A DNA stretch of 62,428 bases, counting the filler. It is 4 parts of 4 records of this genome, joined end to end, with 100 filler letters (N's around TTAATTAATTAA, not from the genome) between each part and the next. Parts side by side here need not be neighbours in the genome. Positions count along the whole stretch, not along the records: positions 1 to 21,979 come from SRR22947727_6041; positions 22,080 to 43,209 come from SRR22947727_6045; 2 more parts are not named here. One strand, given 5' to 3'. Shown piece after piece: positions 19,114-29,514 of this stretch. The position numbers and the translations under genes are program-made. A model generated the notes under the pieces. That model was not told the origin of the DNA, did not search any database, and saw only the letters and a list, made by a program, of their open reading frames with translations. The stretch's first letter is position 1, and every line of letters begins with the position of its first letter.

Positions 19114-19492
19114 GTTTCCTCCCAAGGATTTCTCGAGTCTGACGATACGCAATGCGCCGCCAGACTTTATTTTAGGCTTCTCGCACCTAACTTGGCCTCT
19201 AAAGATCACCGATCCTCATACCCAAGCCCTCACAGCACCAGTTCCTCAAACAACAGTTGACGAATAGATCGCCGAAGACAAGCAATTCCTATGCATTTTA
19301 TTGGACAGATTGCCGCTCCAAAGATGGAAAGTTCCAAATTATAGGCGCTCGCATCGGCAACCCATATTTGGAGAAAATGAGGCATCCTTCGAATAATTAC
19401 CTATTTTATTTAAAAAATCGGGATAATTCAGTCTATATTGAAAATATTTAAATGATATTTTCGATGAAATCATAGCATCATATTTCGGGTCA

Positions 19493-19515
19493 TTTGGTTA
19501 GAAAATTTTACCAAA
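19493..19515. promoter_or_regulatory. Palindromic operator candidate (GntR/FadR-like)
   Basis: TTTGGT-N11-ACCAAA in the AT-rich region upstream of dctP. Confidence 0.4.
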
Positions 19516-19754
19516 ATAATTTGTTAAAATGATTGAGGCTCATTCCAGATAGCGTCTTTCAAAGTGTCAGACCCTCCGAATCGACCTTTCTGCTCAGTGC
19601 AAACGAGCAACTTCTCTCGGCTCCACGTCTCAGTGCCAAATCGTTTGGCGGATCCCCTGCACCCCATCGCGCCGCACAGCTGAGGTGCGTCGATCAAAAC
19701 AGTGCGAGTCTGATAACTTGCTCACGTAACCACGCAATTTTCGAAACCCAAGTC

Positions 19755-20126
19755 CTATTCAACGACCGTGCAGGCAAAGGCTTGCGACTGTATAACTGGC
19801 TCTGATCGATATTTTATGATCGCAGTGTGAAACAATATCCCCGCGTCGAGCCAATACAAATCGTCACGCTCCTCAGATTGCGCACGGGCACGAAATCCAG
19901 AGGCGCCATCAAGCGTGACGTGATAGATCTCGTGATAAAACACACCGTCGCCAGTAAGGTTTTGTCCTTCTTGTAAAAAATTCAAAATCCGTCCTGGAAA
20001 TGCGGGGCTCATGCGCCCGTCTGCCGACAGCGAAATGCGATCAAGTTCAACACAGCTATACCGTACATCGGCCAAAATGGTGGTCCCGATGAGTGTAAAC
20101 GAAAGAACTATTGCAAACCATTTCAT
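19755..20126 (-). CDS. Hypothetical exported protein
   Basis: MKWFAIVLSFTLIGTTILA signal-like N-terminus; one Cys near each end of the mature chain. Confidence 0.6.
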   Translation of the reverse strand: MKWFAIVLSFTLIGTTILADVRYSCVELDRISLSADGRMSPAFPGRILNFLQEGQNLTGDGVFYHEIYHVTLDGASGFRARAQSEERDDLYWLDAGILFHTAIIKYRSEPVIQSQAFACTVVE

Positions 20127-20321
20127 GGCCAAGAGGTAGCGTCTTTGAACGCAAAGGCAACAGCTGCTATTGTGTCATTATAAAGCCCTCTGCATAACGC
20201 CCTTTTAACATTGAAAAAGAGGGCAACGCCGGCTTGGGTGGGCGCATATATGCGGTGGTGGAACCGCTACAATATTTGAACGATACATATATCAGTAAGT
20301 TGAAGCGCTGAATGCGCCTAA

Positions 20322-20349
20322 GGGGCTACTGGGCTACGGGGCTACTGGG
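20322..20349 (+). repeat. 8-bp tandem repeat GGGCTAC(T/G) x3
   Basis: G GGGCTACT GGGCTACG GGGCTACT GGG read directly. Confidence 0.8.
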
Positions 20350-20558
20350 AGGCAGGCCGCCGCAGCCCGGTGTTGCAACCGAGCTAAGTGTTTTGGCTTG
20401 GCAACTATGTTATGTAGATGTCTTTTATATATCCTACCGAAACAAACCACCCAAAGCCTAACTCTGCAATAAAGATTAACCAAGACAACCCGGTTTCGGG
20501 CAAGGTGACAAAGTGCAAGTAATAACATGTCCCTAAACCACTTTCTCTAATACCTCAA

Positions 20559-20593
20559 AGGCGTCCCAGGGCTTTTCAGCCTGTGGGACGCCT
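20559..20593 (-). terminator. Terminator of the autotransporter gene
   Basis: AGGCGTCCCA/TGGGACGCCT stem with inner GGCT/AGCC; short T-run on the minus strand; ~20 nt after the stop. Confidence 0.65.
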
Positions 20594-20614
20594 GCCTAGT
20601 TCATATGTTTCGCT

Positions 20615-21979
20615 CTAGAACTGATGCTGAAACGAGAGCTTTACTGATCGGCGCTTTGTGCCCCCAATTCCCTCATGCTCCAGTTCCGCTTGAAAAACGG
20701 TGGCACCATCGTTGGAGATCATTGTCATCCCCAACACACCCCCCGTACCACAGTCTTTGCTAAGACTAGGTGCGCGCACGGCTTCACAGGAGATTTTAGG
20801 ACCAATCGAGAAAGATGACCGATTGCCCGGCATTGCGTGATCTGCCACCCTCAGTTTAACATGGGGTGTGAACGAAATGGATGCAAGATCGACACCGCCA
20901 ACGTCCAAGCTCAAGTTATTATTGGTCAGACCATAGGCTGTTCCTGAGATCGGGATTGAATGCACATTGGTGCGGGCGACGTTGAACGCCAGTTCCGGAG
21001 CAATTGTGATATTCCCCCGCTCGATGAAGCCCGTGACACTCCCACCAACGCGCCCAATAGCTGTCCGATAGTCACTGGACACAGCCAGGGTGGTATTGGA
21101 CGCATCAAAATCATGCTGCCGCTGCCCGAGCGAGGCGAAGCCGCTGACAATCAGCTTGTCATTATAGATCCGGTTAAAATATCCGCCAAAGGACAGGCCA
21201 ACACTATTTTGCGTCCCATTGAATGTCCCGCCAACCTTGGCCTTGCCGATGTCAGCGCCGATATAATACCCCAACATAACATCCTGTGAAAACTGAGTTT
21301 CATAGGCCAATCGCGCGGTGAGGTAGCCACTGGAGTTGCCAAGGCTGTCACTGAGGAAGTCAAAATCGCCAAAGGCAACCCTGTGCCATTGTTTACCACC
21401 CACAGTGGAGAGGGCGAAAAAATCACCGTTGGTTCTAAAGCTGCCATTGCGATAGCGCGCCGTGCCGGTGATGTCGAAGGGCACAAAACCGTTCACCCCT
21501 TGGGCGTTGGATTGGCGCCGTGCCATGAACCTCTGGAAGCCCGCGCGAACCATTCGCTGGTCAGCGGCCAGTCCAGCGCGCAATTCACGGCCCGCTTCCC
21601 CCCGGATCACCGCCGCAAGCTCATCTTCATGCGCCGCCAAGGCCGTGGCAGGGCTGCCCGCTTGCACCTGTAGGATGTTGGACAGCTGGTTCGACGTCCC
21701 AAGAGCGGTCGAGACCACGCCAGCGGCCACAGAGACAGACACTTGCTGCCCCAGCACCGGCGTCACAGCAATCGCATAGCTCGTACCGCTGCCGGTCACG
21801 CCAGTGACTTGGCCATTTACCACCGTGACATCGCTTGCCACAAAGCTCACGACAGGGCTGGACAAGGTTGCCATGACAGTGAAAGGTCCAGTGACCGCAC
21901 CCGAAGGCCCAGTTAAAGCAACCGTCAAGGACGCCGCGCGGGTGACAGTCACCGTATAGCTTTGGGTGGTGACCCCGTC
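20615..21979 (-). CDS. Autotransporter-type surface protein with Ig-like passenger (5' truncated by the contig end)
   Basis: Frame open to the gap (DGVTTQSYTVTVTRA, a cadherin-like beta-sandwich end); Ig-like domain FVASDVTVVNG...GSGTSY; helical linker; alternating beta strands ending in FQHQF. Confidence 0.75.
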   Translation of the reverse strand, partial: DGVTTQSYTVTVTRAASLTVALTGPSGAVTGPFTVMATLSSPVVSFVASDVTVVNGQVTGVTGSGTSYAIAVTPVLGQQVSVSVAAGVVSTALGTSNQLSNILQVQAGSPATALAAHEDELAAVIRGEAGRELRAGLAADQRMVRAGFQRFMARRQSNAQGVNGFVPFDITGTARYRNGSFRTNGDFFALSTVGGKQWHRVAFGDFDFLSDSLGNSSGYLTARLAYETQFSQDVMLGYYIGADIGKAKVGGTFNGTQNSVGLSFGGYFNRIYNDKLIVSGFASLGQRQHDFDASNTTLAVSSDYRTAIGRVGGSVTGFIERGNITIAPELAFNVARTNVHSIPISGTAYGLTNNNLSLDVGGVDLASISFTPHVKLRVADHAMPGNRSSFSIGPKISCEAVRAPSLSKDCGTGGVLGMTMISNDGATVFQAELEHEGIGGTKRRSVKLSFQHQF

Positions 21980-22079
21980 NNNNNNNNNNNNNNNNNNNNN
22001 NNNNNNNNNNNNNNNNNNNNNNNTTAATTAATTAANNNNNNNNNNNNNNNNNNNNNNNNNNNNNNNNNNNNNNNNNNNN
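21980..22079. other. Artificial contig linker
   Basis: 44 N + TTAATTAATTAA + 44 N. Confidence 0.99.
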
Positions 22080-22455
22080 CAGGCCCGGCCGCTGAGGTCG
22101 CCGCGCGCGCCCAAATGGGCGCCCCATGCATGGTTTTGCGCCGTTCTTCAGCACTCAGCTTTGGCAAAAGCGCAGCATCTGGTGCGCTGGCGGCACTGGC
22201 ATCTCCCTTGAAGCGGACAAATCCGCCAAACGGCAGCGCTGCAAATTGCCACCGCGTTCCATGCCGGTCCACACGCGAAAGGAGCACGGCGCCAAATCCC
22301 ACCGAGAAGACCTCCGCATGGATACCGCACCAACGTCCGACGATGTAATGGCCATATTCATGCACCGCGACGATGACCGATAGAGCGATGACAAAAAAGA
22401 AGATCATCCAAATAAATCCGCCAAAAGAGGCAGAGAGTGCCGCGATATCAAACAT
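22080..22455 (-). CDS. rseP: RIP metalloprotease RseP (3' truncated)
   Basis: HEYGHY zinc motif; FSVGFG; LPFGGFV; AAGP; follows dxr. Confidence 0.93.
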
Positions 22456-23611
22456 TTATTGTCCGGGCCCTTTCGCGCGTGGCTTGATCGGCCTGCAACA
22501 CATCCGTTAAATCACGAGGCGCGCCGCGCAGCAGCTCCGCGCGATCCATCGCGTGCAACGCCTTTTCAACCAGTATCGCCATATCTAAAAATCCAATATC
22601 CCCTTCAATAAAACGATCTAAGGCCACTTCCTTAGCCGCATTGAACGCAGCGCCCCACAGATTGCCCCGCCTCATCACCTCGCGCGCCAAACTTAGAGCC
22701 GGATAGCGCCCCTCATCGGCAGCATAGAAGCGAAACTGGCCGATCTGCGTAAGATCCAAGCGTGCGACATCCAGGGGGCGGCGCTCGGGATAGTGAAGCG
22801 CAAAGCCGATGGCGTGGCGCATATCAGGCGGCCCCACATGGGCCATCATCCCGCCGTCTTGAAATCCAACCATCGCATGGATCAGGCTTTCGGGATGAAT
22901 AATCGTCTCGATCTGCGTCTCATGAACCCCAAAAAATTCTTTGGTCTCAATCAATTCCATGGCCTTGTTAAACATAGAGGCACTGTCAATGGTGATCCTT
23001 TGCCCCATGGACCAATTGGGATGCGTTTGCGCCTGCGCCGGGGTGGCCTTGGCCAGATCCGCCTGGGGCCAATCGCGAAAGGCGCCGCCGCTGGCGGTAA
23101 TGATGATACGCTCAACGGTCGAAATATCTTCGCCTATTAAGGCTTGAAACACCGCGGAATGCTCACTGTCCACCGGCAAAATTGTCGCCCCATGACGCCG
23201 GGCCTCTGCCATCAAAATAGGACCTGCGGCCACAAGGGATTCTTTATTGGCCAGGGCCAAGGTCGTGCCTTGCTGCACCGCATGTAAACTGGGCGTTAGC
23301 CCCGCCACGCCCACAATACATGACATGATCCAATCGGCCGGGCGCTCAGCCGCTCTGGCGATTGCCTCAGCGCCCGCCTCGACCGCCACGCCAGATCCCG
23401 CCATAGCCGCCTGCAGCTCTGGTAAAAGATCGGCAAAGGCTGTGACAATCACTTCGGGGGAAAACTCAAGCGCGTCCTTGGCCAGCTGCGCAATGTTGCG
23501 GCCACCGCTCAAGGCCACCACCTGATAGGCCGTTGGATCGCGCCGCAAGAGATCCAACGTATTTTGGCCAATGGAGCCGGTCGCGCCAAAGATTGAAACC
23601 CTGCGCATCAC
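22448..23611 (-). CDS. dxr: 1-deoxy-D-xylulose 5-phosphate reductoisomerase
   Basis: GATGSIG; LANKESLV; LPVDSEHSA; HPNWSMG; DSASMFNK. Confidence 0.97.
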   Translation of the reverse strand: MMRRVSIFGATGSIGQNTLDLLRRDPTAYQVVALSGGRNIAQLAKDALEFSPEVIVTAFADLLPELQAAMAGSGVAVEAGAEAIARAAERPADWIMSCIVGVAGLTPSLHAVQQGTTLALANKESLVAAGPILMAEARRHGATILPVDSEHSAVFQALIGEDISTVERIIITASGGAFRDWPQADLAKATPAQAQTHPNWSMGQRITIDSASMFNKAMELIETKEFFGVHETQIETIIHPESLIHAMVGFQDGGMMAHVGPPDMRHAIGFALHYPERRPLDVARLDLTQIGQFRFYAADEGRYPALSLAREVMRRGNLWGAAFNAAKEVALDRFIEGDIGFLDMAILVEKALHAMDRAELLRGAPRDLTDVLQADQATRERARTINV

Positions 23612-24393
23612 GATAAAAACAACGCGGTAATCAGGCCGAAAGCGGCGGCCCCACCGATAAATCCATCAAGGCGATCTAAAAAACCACCGTGCCCAGGAAT
23701 GAGTTGTGAGCTGTCTTTGACGCCCATGCGGCGTTTCACCCAGCTTTCTGCAATGTCACCCATCTGCGCACCAAAGGCCACGGCGATCGCAGCCGGAACG
23801 GACCACCAAGCCCCTGTCTGCTGCATGAGATACAGCCCAAAAAGACCAGCCAGCGCCCATCCTGCCACTGTGCCGCTCCAGGTTTTTTTCGGGCTGATCG
23901 CGGGCCAGAACTTGGGCCCACCCATCAAGCGCCCAGCGATATAACCGCCAATATCCGATAGTATGACCACGGCTGCTAAGATCGCAATGCCAATGGCGCC
24001 AAAGGTTAATGCCAAAAACCAAAAAGACATCATCCCAAGCGTCAAGAGCGCGCCATAGCCGATATAAACCATCCGATTGTGCGCGATAAAAGCCGCTGCA
24101 AGCAGGATCGGAAGCAATCCTGCCGCGGCTGCTAGAGGCAAACTCTGCGTCAAAATCATGGGCTGGACCGCCATAGGCAACCATCCCACGGCGGCCACAA
24201 CGGTCACCGCCAACAGGCGGCGGCCGCTGAGGCCAAACATGCGCGCCAATTCCCATTGCATGGCCACCACCGCAACCAGGCCAAGCGCTAAAACCCCTAG
24301 GCGTCCCACATAGAGGGACGCAGAAAAAACAAGAAGCAATACAATCGCCGAGGCCAAGCGCAAAGGCAGATCTGCCCACCGGTCCTGTGTCAT
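23608..24393 (-). CDS. cdsA: Phosphatidate cytidylyltransferase
   Basis: ISPKKTWSG; GDIAESWVKRRMGVKDSSQLIPGHGGFLDRLD. Confidence 0.96.
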   Translation of the reverse strand: MTQDRWADLPLRLASAIVLLLVFSASLYVGRLGVLALGLVAVVAMQWELARMFGLSGRRLLAVTVVAAVGWLPMAVQPMILTQSLPLAAAAGLLPILLAAAFIAHNRMVYIGYGALLTLGMMSFWFLALTFGAIGIAILAAVVILSDIGGYIAGRLMGGPKFWPAISPKKTWSGTVAGWALAGLFGLYLMQQTGAWWSVPAAIAVAFGAQMGDIAESWVKRRMGVKDSSQLIPGHGGFLDRLDGFIGGAAAFGLITALFLS

Positions 24394-25097
24394 GCGGGAA
24401 TTGCTCCGAAGCGGCGCTCGCGCGATCCAAAATTGACCAGCAATTTTGTAAATTCGCCAGCACTAAAATCAGGCCAAAGCGTGTCGATAAACTCATATTC
24501 CGCATAGGCGGACTGCCACAGAAGGAAATTGGAAATGCGCGCTGCGCCGCTGGTGCGGATCACCAAATCGGGATCAGGCAGTGAATGCGTATCCAAATAC
24601 CGCGCCAAGACCTCCGCCGTCACCTCTTTTGCGGCCAGCTTGCCGCTCTCCACATCCCCCGCCATGCGCTGCGCCGCGCGCGTCACCTCATCGCGGCCCC
24701 CATAGTTGAGCGCGATGGTCAGGTGCACTTTGGCGTTCTGAGCCGTCAATGCCTCAAGCTCGTCCATCAGTCTGATCAGCGTTTTATCGAGCCGCAAGCG
24801 ATCCCCAATGAAGCGAACCCGCACGCCCTCATTCACCAAATCCTGGGCCTCACGCAATATGTAACGCTTGAACAGGCGCATTAAGCCGCCAACTTCAACC
24901 TGGGTGCGCTTCCAGTTTTCTGTTGAAAAGGCAAATATAGTCAGATGCTTCACACCAACACTGGGACAGGCTTGGACGATTTCACGAATTCTTTTGGCCC
25001 CCTCGTGGTGGCCGGCCAACCGCGGCAGGCCGCGTTGCTGCGCCCAACGGCCATTTCCATCCATGATAATCGCAACATGTTCCGCGGATTGTCCCAT
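24390..25097 (-). CDS. uppS: Undecaprenyl diphosphate synthase
   Basis: HVAIIMDGNGRWA; AFSTENWKR; ALNYGGR; DLVIRTSG-RISNFLLWQ; start re-assigned to ATG 25097. Confidence 0.96.
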   Translation of the reverse strand: MGQSAEHVAIIMDGNGRWAQQRGLPRLAGHHEGAKRIREIVQACPSVGVKHLTIFAFSTENWKRTQVEVGGLMRLFKRYILREAQDLVNEGVRVRFIGDRLRLDKTLIRLMDELEALTAQNAKVHLTIALNYGGRDEVTRAAQRMAGDVESGKLAAKEVTAEVLARYLDTHSLPDPDLVIRTSGAARISNFLLWQSAYAEYEFIDTLWPDFSAGEFTKLLVNFGSRERRFGAIPA

Positions 25098-25111
25098 CAA
25101 TAAAGCCCACT

Positions 25112-25678
25112 CTAAACCATCATGATTTCGGCTTGTTTGGTCTCCAATGCGGCATCGACCAATTTGATCTGCGCATCGGTCAGGGCCTGTACCTCTGTTT
25201 CCCAAAGTTTTTGGTCATCTTCGGACATGCCAGCAGCCTTGGCTTTTTTGATCTGATCCATGCCGTCCCGGCGGATATTGCGCACAGACACACGGCAATT
25301 CTCCGCATAGCCTGCTGCCACTTTTGTCAACTCCCGGCGCCGTTCCTCGTTGAGTTCCGGGATGGGCAGCATGATGATCGTGCCATTGGTTTGAGGGTTG
25401 ATTCCCAGACCGCTTTCACGAATGGCTTTCTCGACTTTGCCAACCAGTGTTTTGTCCCAGACATTGACCGTCACCATACGCGATTCCGGTACATTCACTG
25501 TGCCGACTTGGTTGATAGGAGTCATCTGCCCGTAAGCGTCCACCATCACCGGATCGAGAATAGATCCGCTGGCCCGCCCCGTGCGCAAAGAGGCAAATTC
25601 GGTTTTCAAAGAGACCATGGCCCCGTCCATGCGACGTTGCAGGTCATCAATATCAATATCTAATGGGTCATCCGACAT
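25112..25678 (-). CDS. frr: Ribosome recycling factor
   Basis: [24 protein letters not shown]; canonical pyrH-frr-uppS order. Confidence 0.97.
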   Translation of the reverse strand: MSDDPLDIDIDDLQRRMDGAMVSLKTEFASLRTGRASGSILDPVMVDAYGQMTPINQVGTVNVPESRMVTVNVWDKTLVGKVEKAIRESGLGINPQTNGTIIMLPIPELNEERRRELTKVAAGYAENCRVSVRNIRRDGMDQIKKAKAAGMSEDDQKLWETEVQALTDAQIKLVDAALETKQAEIMMV

Positions 25679-25699
25679 GATTTTTCTTTCTTAAGTTGG

Positions 25700-26431
25700 T
25701 TAACCGTGGACCTTGGTATATGTTCCGTTGCCCGACAAAATCCCCCTGAACCCGCCGGGCTCATCTAGGGAGAATACAATGATCGGTAAATTATTGTCAC
25801 GCGCCAAAGCGATCGCTGACGCATCCATGACCTTCAGGCGCTTTTGCAACACCTCATCATAGGTCACCGCGTCATAACGCACCGCATCGCTGTGTCGCTT
25901 GGGATCCTTATCATATATCCCATCAACCTGCGTGCCTTTGAAAATCGCCTCGCAGGCCATTTCACTGGCCCGCAATGTGGCCGCGGTATCTGTGGTGAAA
26001 TAGGGATTGCCGGTGCCGGCTGCGAAAATCACCACCCTCTTTTTCTCCAAATGACGCACCGCGCGGCGGCGGATATAGGGTTCACAGACCTGATCCATTG
26101 GTATGGCTGAGACAACTCGGGTATGAACGCCCTGCTCTTCCAAAGAGCTTTGCATCGCCAGCGCGTTCATAACGGTGGCCAGCATGCCCATGTAATCGGC
26201 GGTGGTGCGCTCCATGCCCTGGGCAGAGCCCTGCAGACCTCGAAAGATATTACCGCCACCGATGACCATGCAAATCTCAGCCCCGAGATCGTGAACCGTT
26301 TTGACCTCAGCGGCGATCCGCTCCACAGTTGGGGGATGAAGACCGTAGCCTTGGTCTCCCATCAGGGCTTCTCCAGAAATTTTTAATAGAACACGTTTGA
26401 ATTGACCTTGGGAACCGGAAGTTTGGTGCAT
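25700..26431 (-). CDS. pyrH: UMP kinase
   Basis: [37 protein letters not shown]. Confidence 0.97.
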   Translation of the reverse strand: MHQTSGSQGQFKRVLLKISGEALMGDQGYGLHPPTVERIAAEVKTVHDLGAEICMVIGGGNIFRGLQGSAQGMERTTADYMGMLATVMNALAMQSSLEEQGVHTRVVSAIPMDQVCEPYIRRRAVRHLEKKRVVIFAAGTGNPYFTTDTAATLRASEMACEAIFKGTQVDGIYDKDPKRHSDAVRYDAVTYDEVLQKRLKVMDASAIALARDNNLPIIVFSLDEPGGFRGILSGNGTYTKVHG

Positions 26432-26529
26432 TGTGCCCTCATGCTATTTTGGCCTAAGATGTCGCAAAAATCGACCAAGAGCAACGGCGTGTGACAGAGC
26501 AAATGCAAAAAAGCGGAAAAATGCAATAA

Positions 26530-27420
26530 ATGGTGAATAAATCTTTGCTCTCAACGTTGGGCGAAACCCGCCCCGTTCTGATTGCCGGGGCAACTGCAAG
26601 TGGAAAATCCGCCCTCGCGCTCCAAATCGCAGAACAATTGGGCGGCGTTATCGTCAATGCGGATGCTTTGCAGGTCTACAGCGGTTGGCGCATTCTCACC
26701 GCGCGCCCTTCGGCCAAGGAAGAAAGCCGCGCACCGCACGCTTTATATGGGCATGTGGCCAATCACGAAAGCTATTCTGTGGGCGATTGGTTGCGCGACA
26801 TCGGCCCGATCTTGAGTCCAGGCAAACGCCCGATCATTGTGGGCGGCACGGGGCTATACTTTCGCGCGCTGACAGAAGGGCTGGCAGATATCCCCCCCAT
26901 TCCGGCCAATATTCGCGCTCAATCGGCGGGCCTTCTGTCTCAGGGCGGATTGCAGCCGATGCTGGAGGATTTAGATGATGAAACGCGCGCGCAGATTGAT
27001 GTGCAAAACCCGATGCGGGTTGCGCGGGCTTGGGAGGTTTTGCAGGCCACCGGTCAGTCTATTCGGAGCTGGCAGGCACGGACCCCGCCGCCGCTGCTGC
27101 CTCTGGAGGCCTGTCATGCGCTGCATTTAACCAGCCCGGTGGATTGGCTCAACGACAGGCTGAAGCGACGCTTCGATATTATGATCGCAGAGGGTGCATT
27201 GGAAGAAGCGCGCCGCAATTTTGAACTTTGGGACTCCAAATGGCAATCCTCACAGGCCATTGGCGCCCCTGAGTTGATCGCTCACCTGCAGGGGCAGTTC
27301 ACTTTGGATGAAGCCAAGAGCCGCGCTGTGACCGCCTCAAGCCAATTCGCCAAACGCCAAAGAACATGGTTTCGCAAGCGCATGGTCGCCTGGCAAACCG
27401 TCGCGGCCGAGCAGCTGTAA
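26530..27420 (+). CDS. miaA: tRNA dimethylallyltransferase
   Basis: GATASGKS; NADALQVY; VGGTGLY; FAKRQRTWFR. Confidence 0.96.
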   Translation: MVNKSLLSTLGETRPVLIAGATASGKSALALQIAEQLGGVIVNADALQVYSGWRILTARPSAKEESRAPHALYGHVANHESYSVGDWLRDIGPILSPGKRPIIVGGTGLYFRALTEGLADIPPIPANIRAQSAGLLSQGGLQPMLEDLDDETRAQIDVQNPMRVARAWEVLQATGQSIRSWQARTPPPLLPLEACHALHLTSPVDWLNDRLKRRFDIMIAEGALEEARRNFELWDSKWQSSQAIGAPELIAHLQGQFTLDEAKSRAVTASSQFAKRQRTWFRKRMVAWQTVAAEQL

Positions 27421-27774
27421 CGCGCAATGTCGCAAATAGACCATTGCGACGAATCTGACACACCAAAATCGCAGCACTTCCCAATACTTTCAGCCATCAA
27501 AACAGGAAACCTAGCCGGCAAAAAGCCATGTCTCCTTGTATTTAACAGCGCATTGCGAAAAAATTAGCCCCTGAAGTTTCGCCGAATGTCAAGGCAAAGG
27601 TCGCGGTTAAAACGAAGTTAAAACGTCGGTTTTGCGCTATTTTCCGCAATATTTTACATTGACCTATGGCCCAATATGCGCATGAATGGGCGACAGTCAG
27701 TTTGCGTTGAGAAGGTCGCACCAGCGGCCCAGAGCACAATCTGTTATGACGTACGGTGTCACAGGGAGAAACAC

Positions 27775-29421
27775 ATGACCCAAAAAAACAATTTCATGCA
27801 TCCAGCCGCAAAGATGTACGCGCAAGAAGTGAAAGACGGCAAGCTTGACCGTCGTGAATTCTTGTCGCGCGCAACGGCCTTGGGTGTAACAACCGTTGCA
27901 GCTTACGGCTTGCTGGGCCTCGACACCCCGGCCCAAGCGGGCGGCCACGCGAAAAAAGGCGGTACGATCCGCATGCAAATGGATGTGAAAGCATTCAAAG
28001 ATCCGCGTACCCATGACTGGACGCAGATCTCGATCATCTCAGCCGGTTGGCTTGAGTATCTTGTTGAGTACAACAGCGACGGTTCCTTTGAGCCAATGCT
28101 GCTGACCAGCTGGGAAGCCAATGCGAACGCCACACAGTACACTTTAAAAGTGCGTGAAGGCGTGAAATGGAACAATGGCGATGATTTCACCGCAGAGGAT
28201 GTTGCACGCAACATCATCGGCTGGTGTGACAAGAGCCTCGAAGGCAACTCCATGGCGGGCCGGATGGCGTCCTTAGTGGATGCAGACACTGGTAAAGCCC
28301 GTGACGGCGCAGTTGTGGTCGTAGACCAAAACACCGTTCAGCTGAATCTCTTGCAGCCCGACATCACCATTGTGCCCGGCATGGCCGATTACCCCGCACA
28401 AATCGTTCACAAATCCTTCACCGTTGAAACAGCCCTGTCCAACCCGGTTGGAACCGGCTTCATGCTTCCTGATGAATGGGAAGTTGGCGTGAAAGCTTCT
28501 ATTGTTCGCAATGAGGGCTTTGAATGGTGGGGCTATGCCGCGGGTAAGGGCGGTCACGTTGATCGGATTGAATTCATTGACTATGGCTCCGATCCAGCAA
28601 CCCATATGGCCGGTTTTGAATCCGAAGAATTTGACCTGAACTGGGAAACCACAGGTGAATTCGTTGATCTCTATGACGCTCTGGGCCTTGTGAAATCACA
28701 AGTGGCCTCTGGTGCCACAATCGTTGTACGTCCAAACCAAGATCACGCGCCATATGACAATAAGATGGTGCGTCAGGCTCTGGCGATGGCTGTGGACAAC
28801 GAAGTGATCAACGAGCTGGGCAATGCTGGCCTTGGGGTTGCGGCGGACAATTGCCACGTGGGTCCAATTCACCCAGAGCATGACCCATCGGTCACACGCA
28901 TGCCCTACGATCCGGCGAAAGCTAAAGAGCTTATGGACGCATCGGGACATAGCGATTTTGAGCATGAGCTGCGCTCACTCGACACAGGTTTCTGGAAAGA
29001 CACTTGTGACGCGGTCGCCGCACAGCTGCGCGACGCTGGGATCAAGGTCAAACGGACTTTGATGCCAGGCAGCACCTTCTGGAACGATTGGGCGAAATTC
29101 CCCTACTCAGCCACAAACTGGAACCACCGCCCCTTGGGCACTCAGGTTCTGGGTCTGGCCTATCGCTCCGGCGAGGCTTGGAATGAGTTTGCATGGAGCA
29201 ACGCCGAGTTCGATGCGTTGCTCGCAGAAGCCAACTCTTTGGCCAATGCCGATGAGCGCCGGGTTGTCATGGGCAAAATTCAAGCCCTGATCATCGAGGA
29301 AGGCGTGACCTGTCAGCCGTATTGGCGCTATGTGCAGCGTCACCATGTTGAAGGTTTGGTGGGCTGCGATATGCATATCGCTTATCTGCCTCAAATCTAT
29401 AAGTGGGGCTGGGCAGCCTAA
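27775..29421 (+). CDS. ABC transporter substrate-binding protein, family 5 (Dpp/Opp-like)
   Basis: Start ATG 27775 after GGGAG; Tat-like [26 protein letters not shown] family-5 signature; VGTG. Confidence 0.9.
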   Translation: MTQKNNFMHPAAKMYAQEVKDGKLDRREFLSRATALGVTTVAAYGLLGLDTPAQAGGHAKKGGTIRMQMDVKAFKDPRTHDWTQISIISAGWLEYLVEYNSDGSFEPMLLTSWEANANATQYTLKVREGVKWNNGDDFTAEDVARNIIGWCDKSLEGNSMAGRMASLVDADTGKARDGAVVVVDQNTVQLNLLQPDITIVPGMADYPAQIVHKSFTVETALSNPVGTGFMLPDEWEVGVKASIVRNEGFEWWGYAAGKGGHVDRIEFIDYGSDPATHMAGFESEEFDLNWETTGEFVDLYDALGLVKSQVASGATIVVRPNQDHAPYDNKMVRQALAMAVDNEVINELGNAGLGVAADNCHVGPIHPEHDPSVTRMPYDPAKAKELMDASGHSDFEHELRSLDTGFWKDTCDAVAAQLRDAGIKVKRTLMPGSTFWNDWAKFPYSATNWNHRPLGTQVLGLAYRSGEAWNEFAWSNAEFDALLAEANSLANADERRVVMGKIQALIIEEGVTCQPYWRYVQRHHVEGLVGCDMHIAYLPQIYKWGWAA

Positions 29422-29436
29422 CCCCCACTAAATCAG

Positions 29437-29470
29437 AAGGCCGTCCCCAAGTTTTGGGGGCGGCCTTTTT
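29437..29470 (+). terminator. Intrinsic terminator after the SBP gene
   Basis: AAGGCCGTCCCC / GGGGGCGGCCTT stem with a T-run. Confidence 0.7.
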
Positions 29471-29514
29471 CGACCGATAAAGCTATTATAGACTAATCAA
29501 CGGGAATCCACACC

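Noticed and set aside
19533-19805. 90-aa + strand ORF
   Set aside because: TTG start without clear RBS, no motifs, overlaps the end of the opposite-strand gene
20393-20420. dif-like site (TTATGTAGATG resembles a XerD arm)
   Set aside because: The XerC arm has no resemblance to known arms; too weak without a profile search or GC-skew data
22024-22035. Recurrent TTAATTAATTAA palindrome (also at 43254 and 54115) as a biological repeat or att site
   Set aside because: Always centred in 44+44 N; a synthetic six-frame-stop linker. The ORF-track ends '...XXXLIN' are artefacts of it
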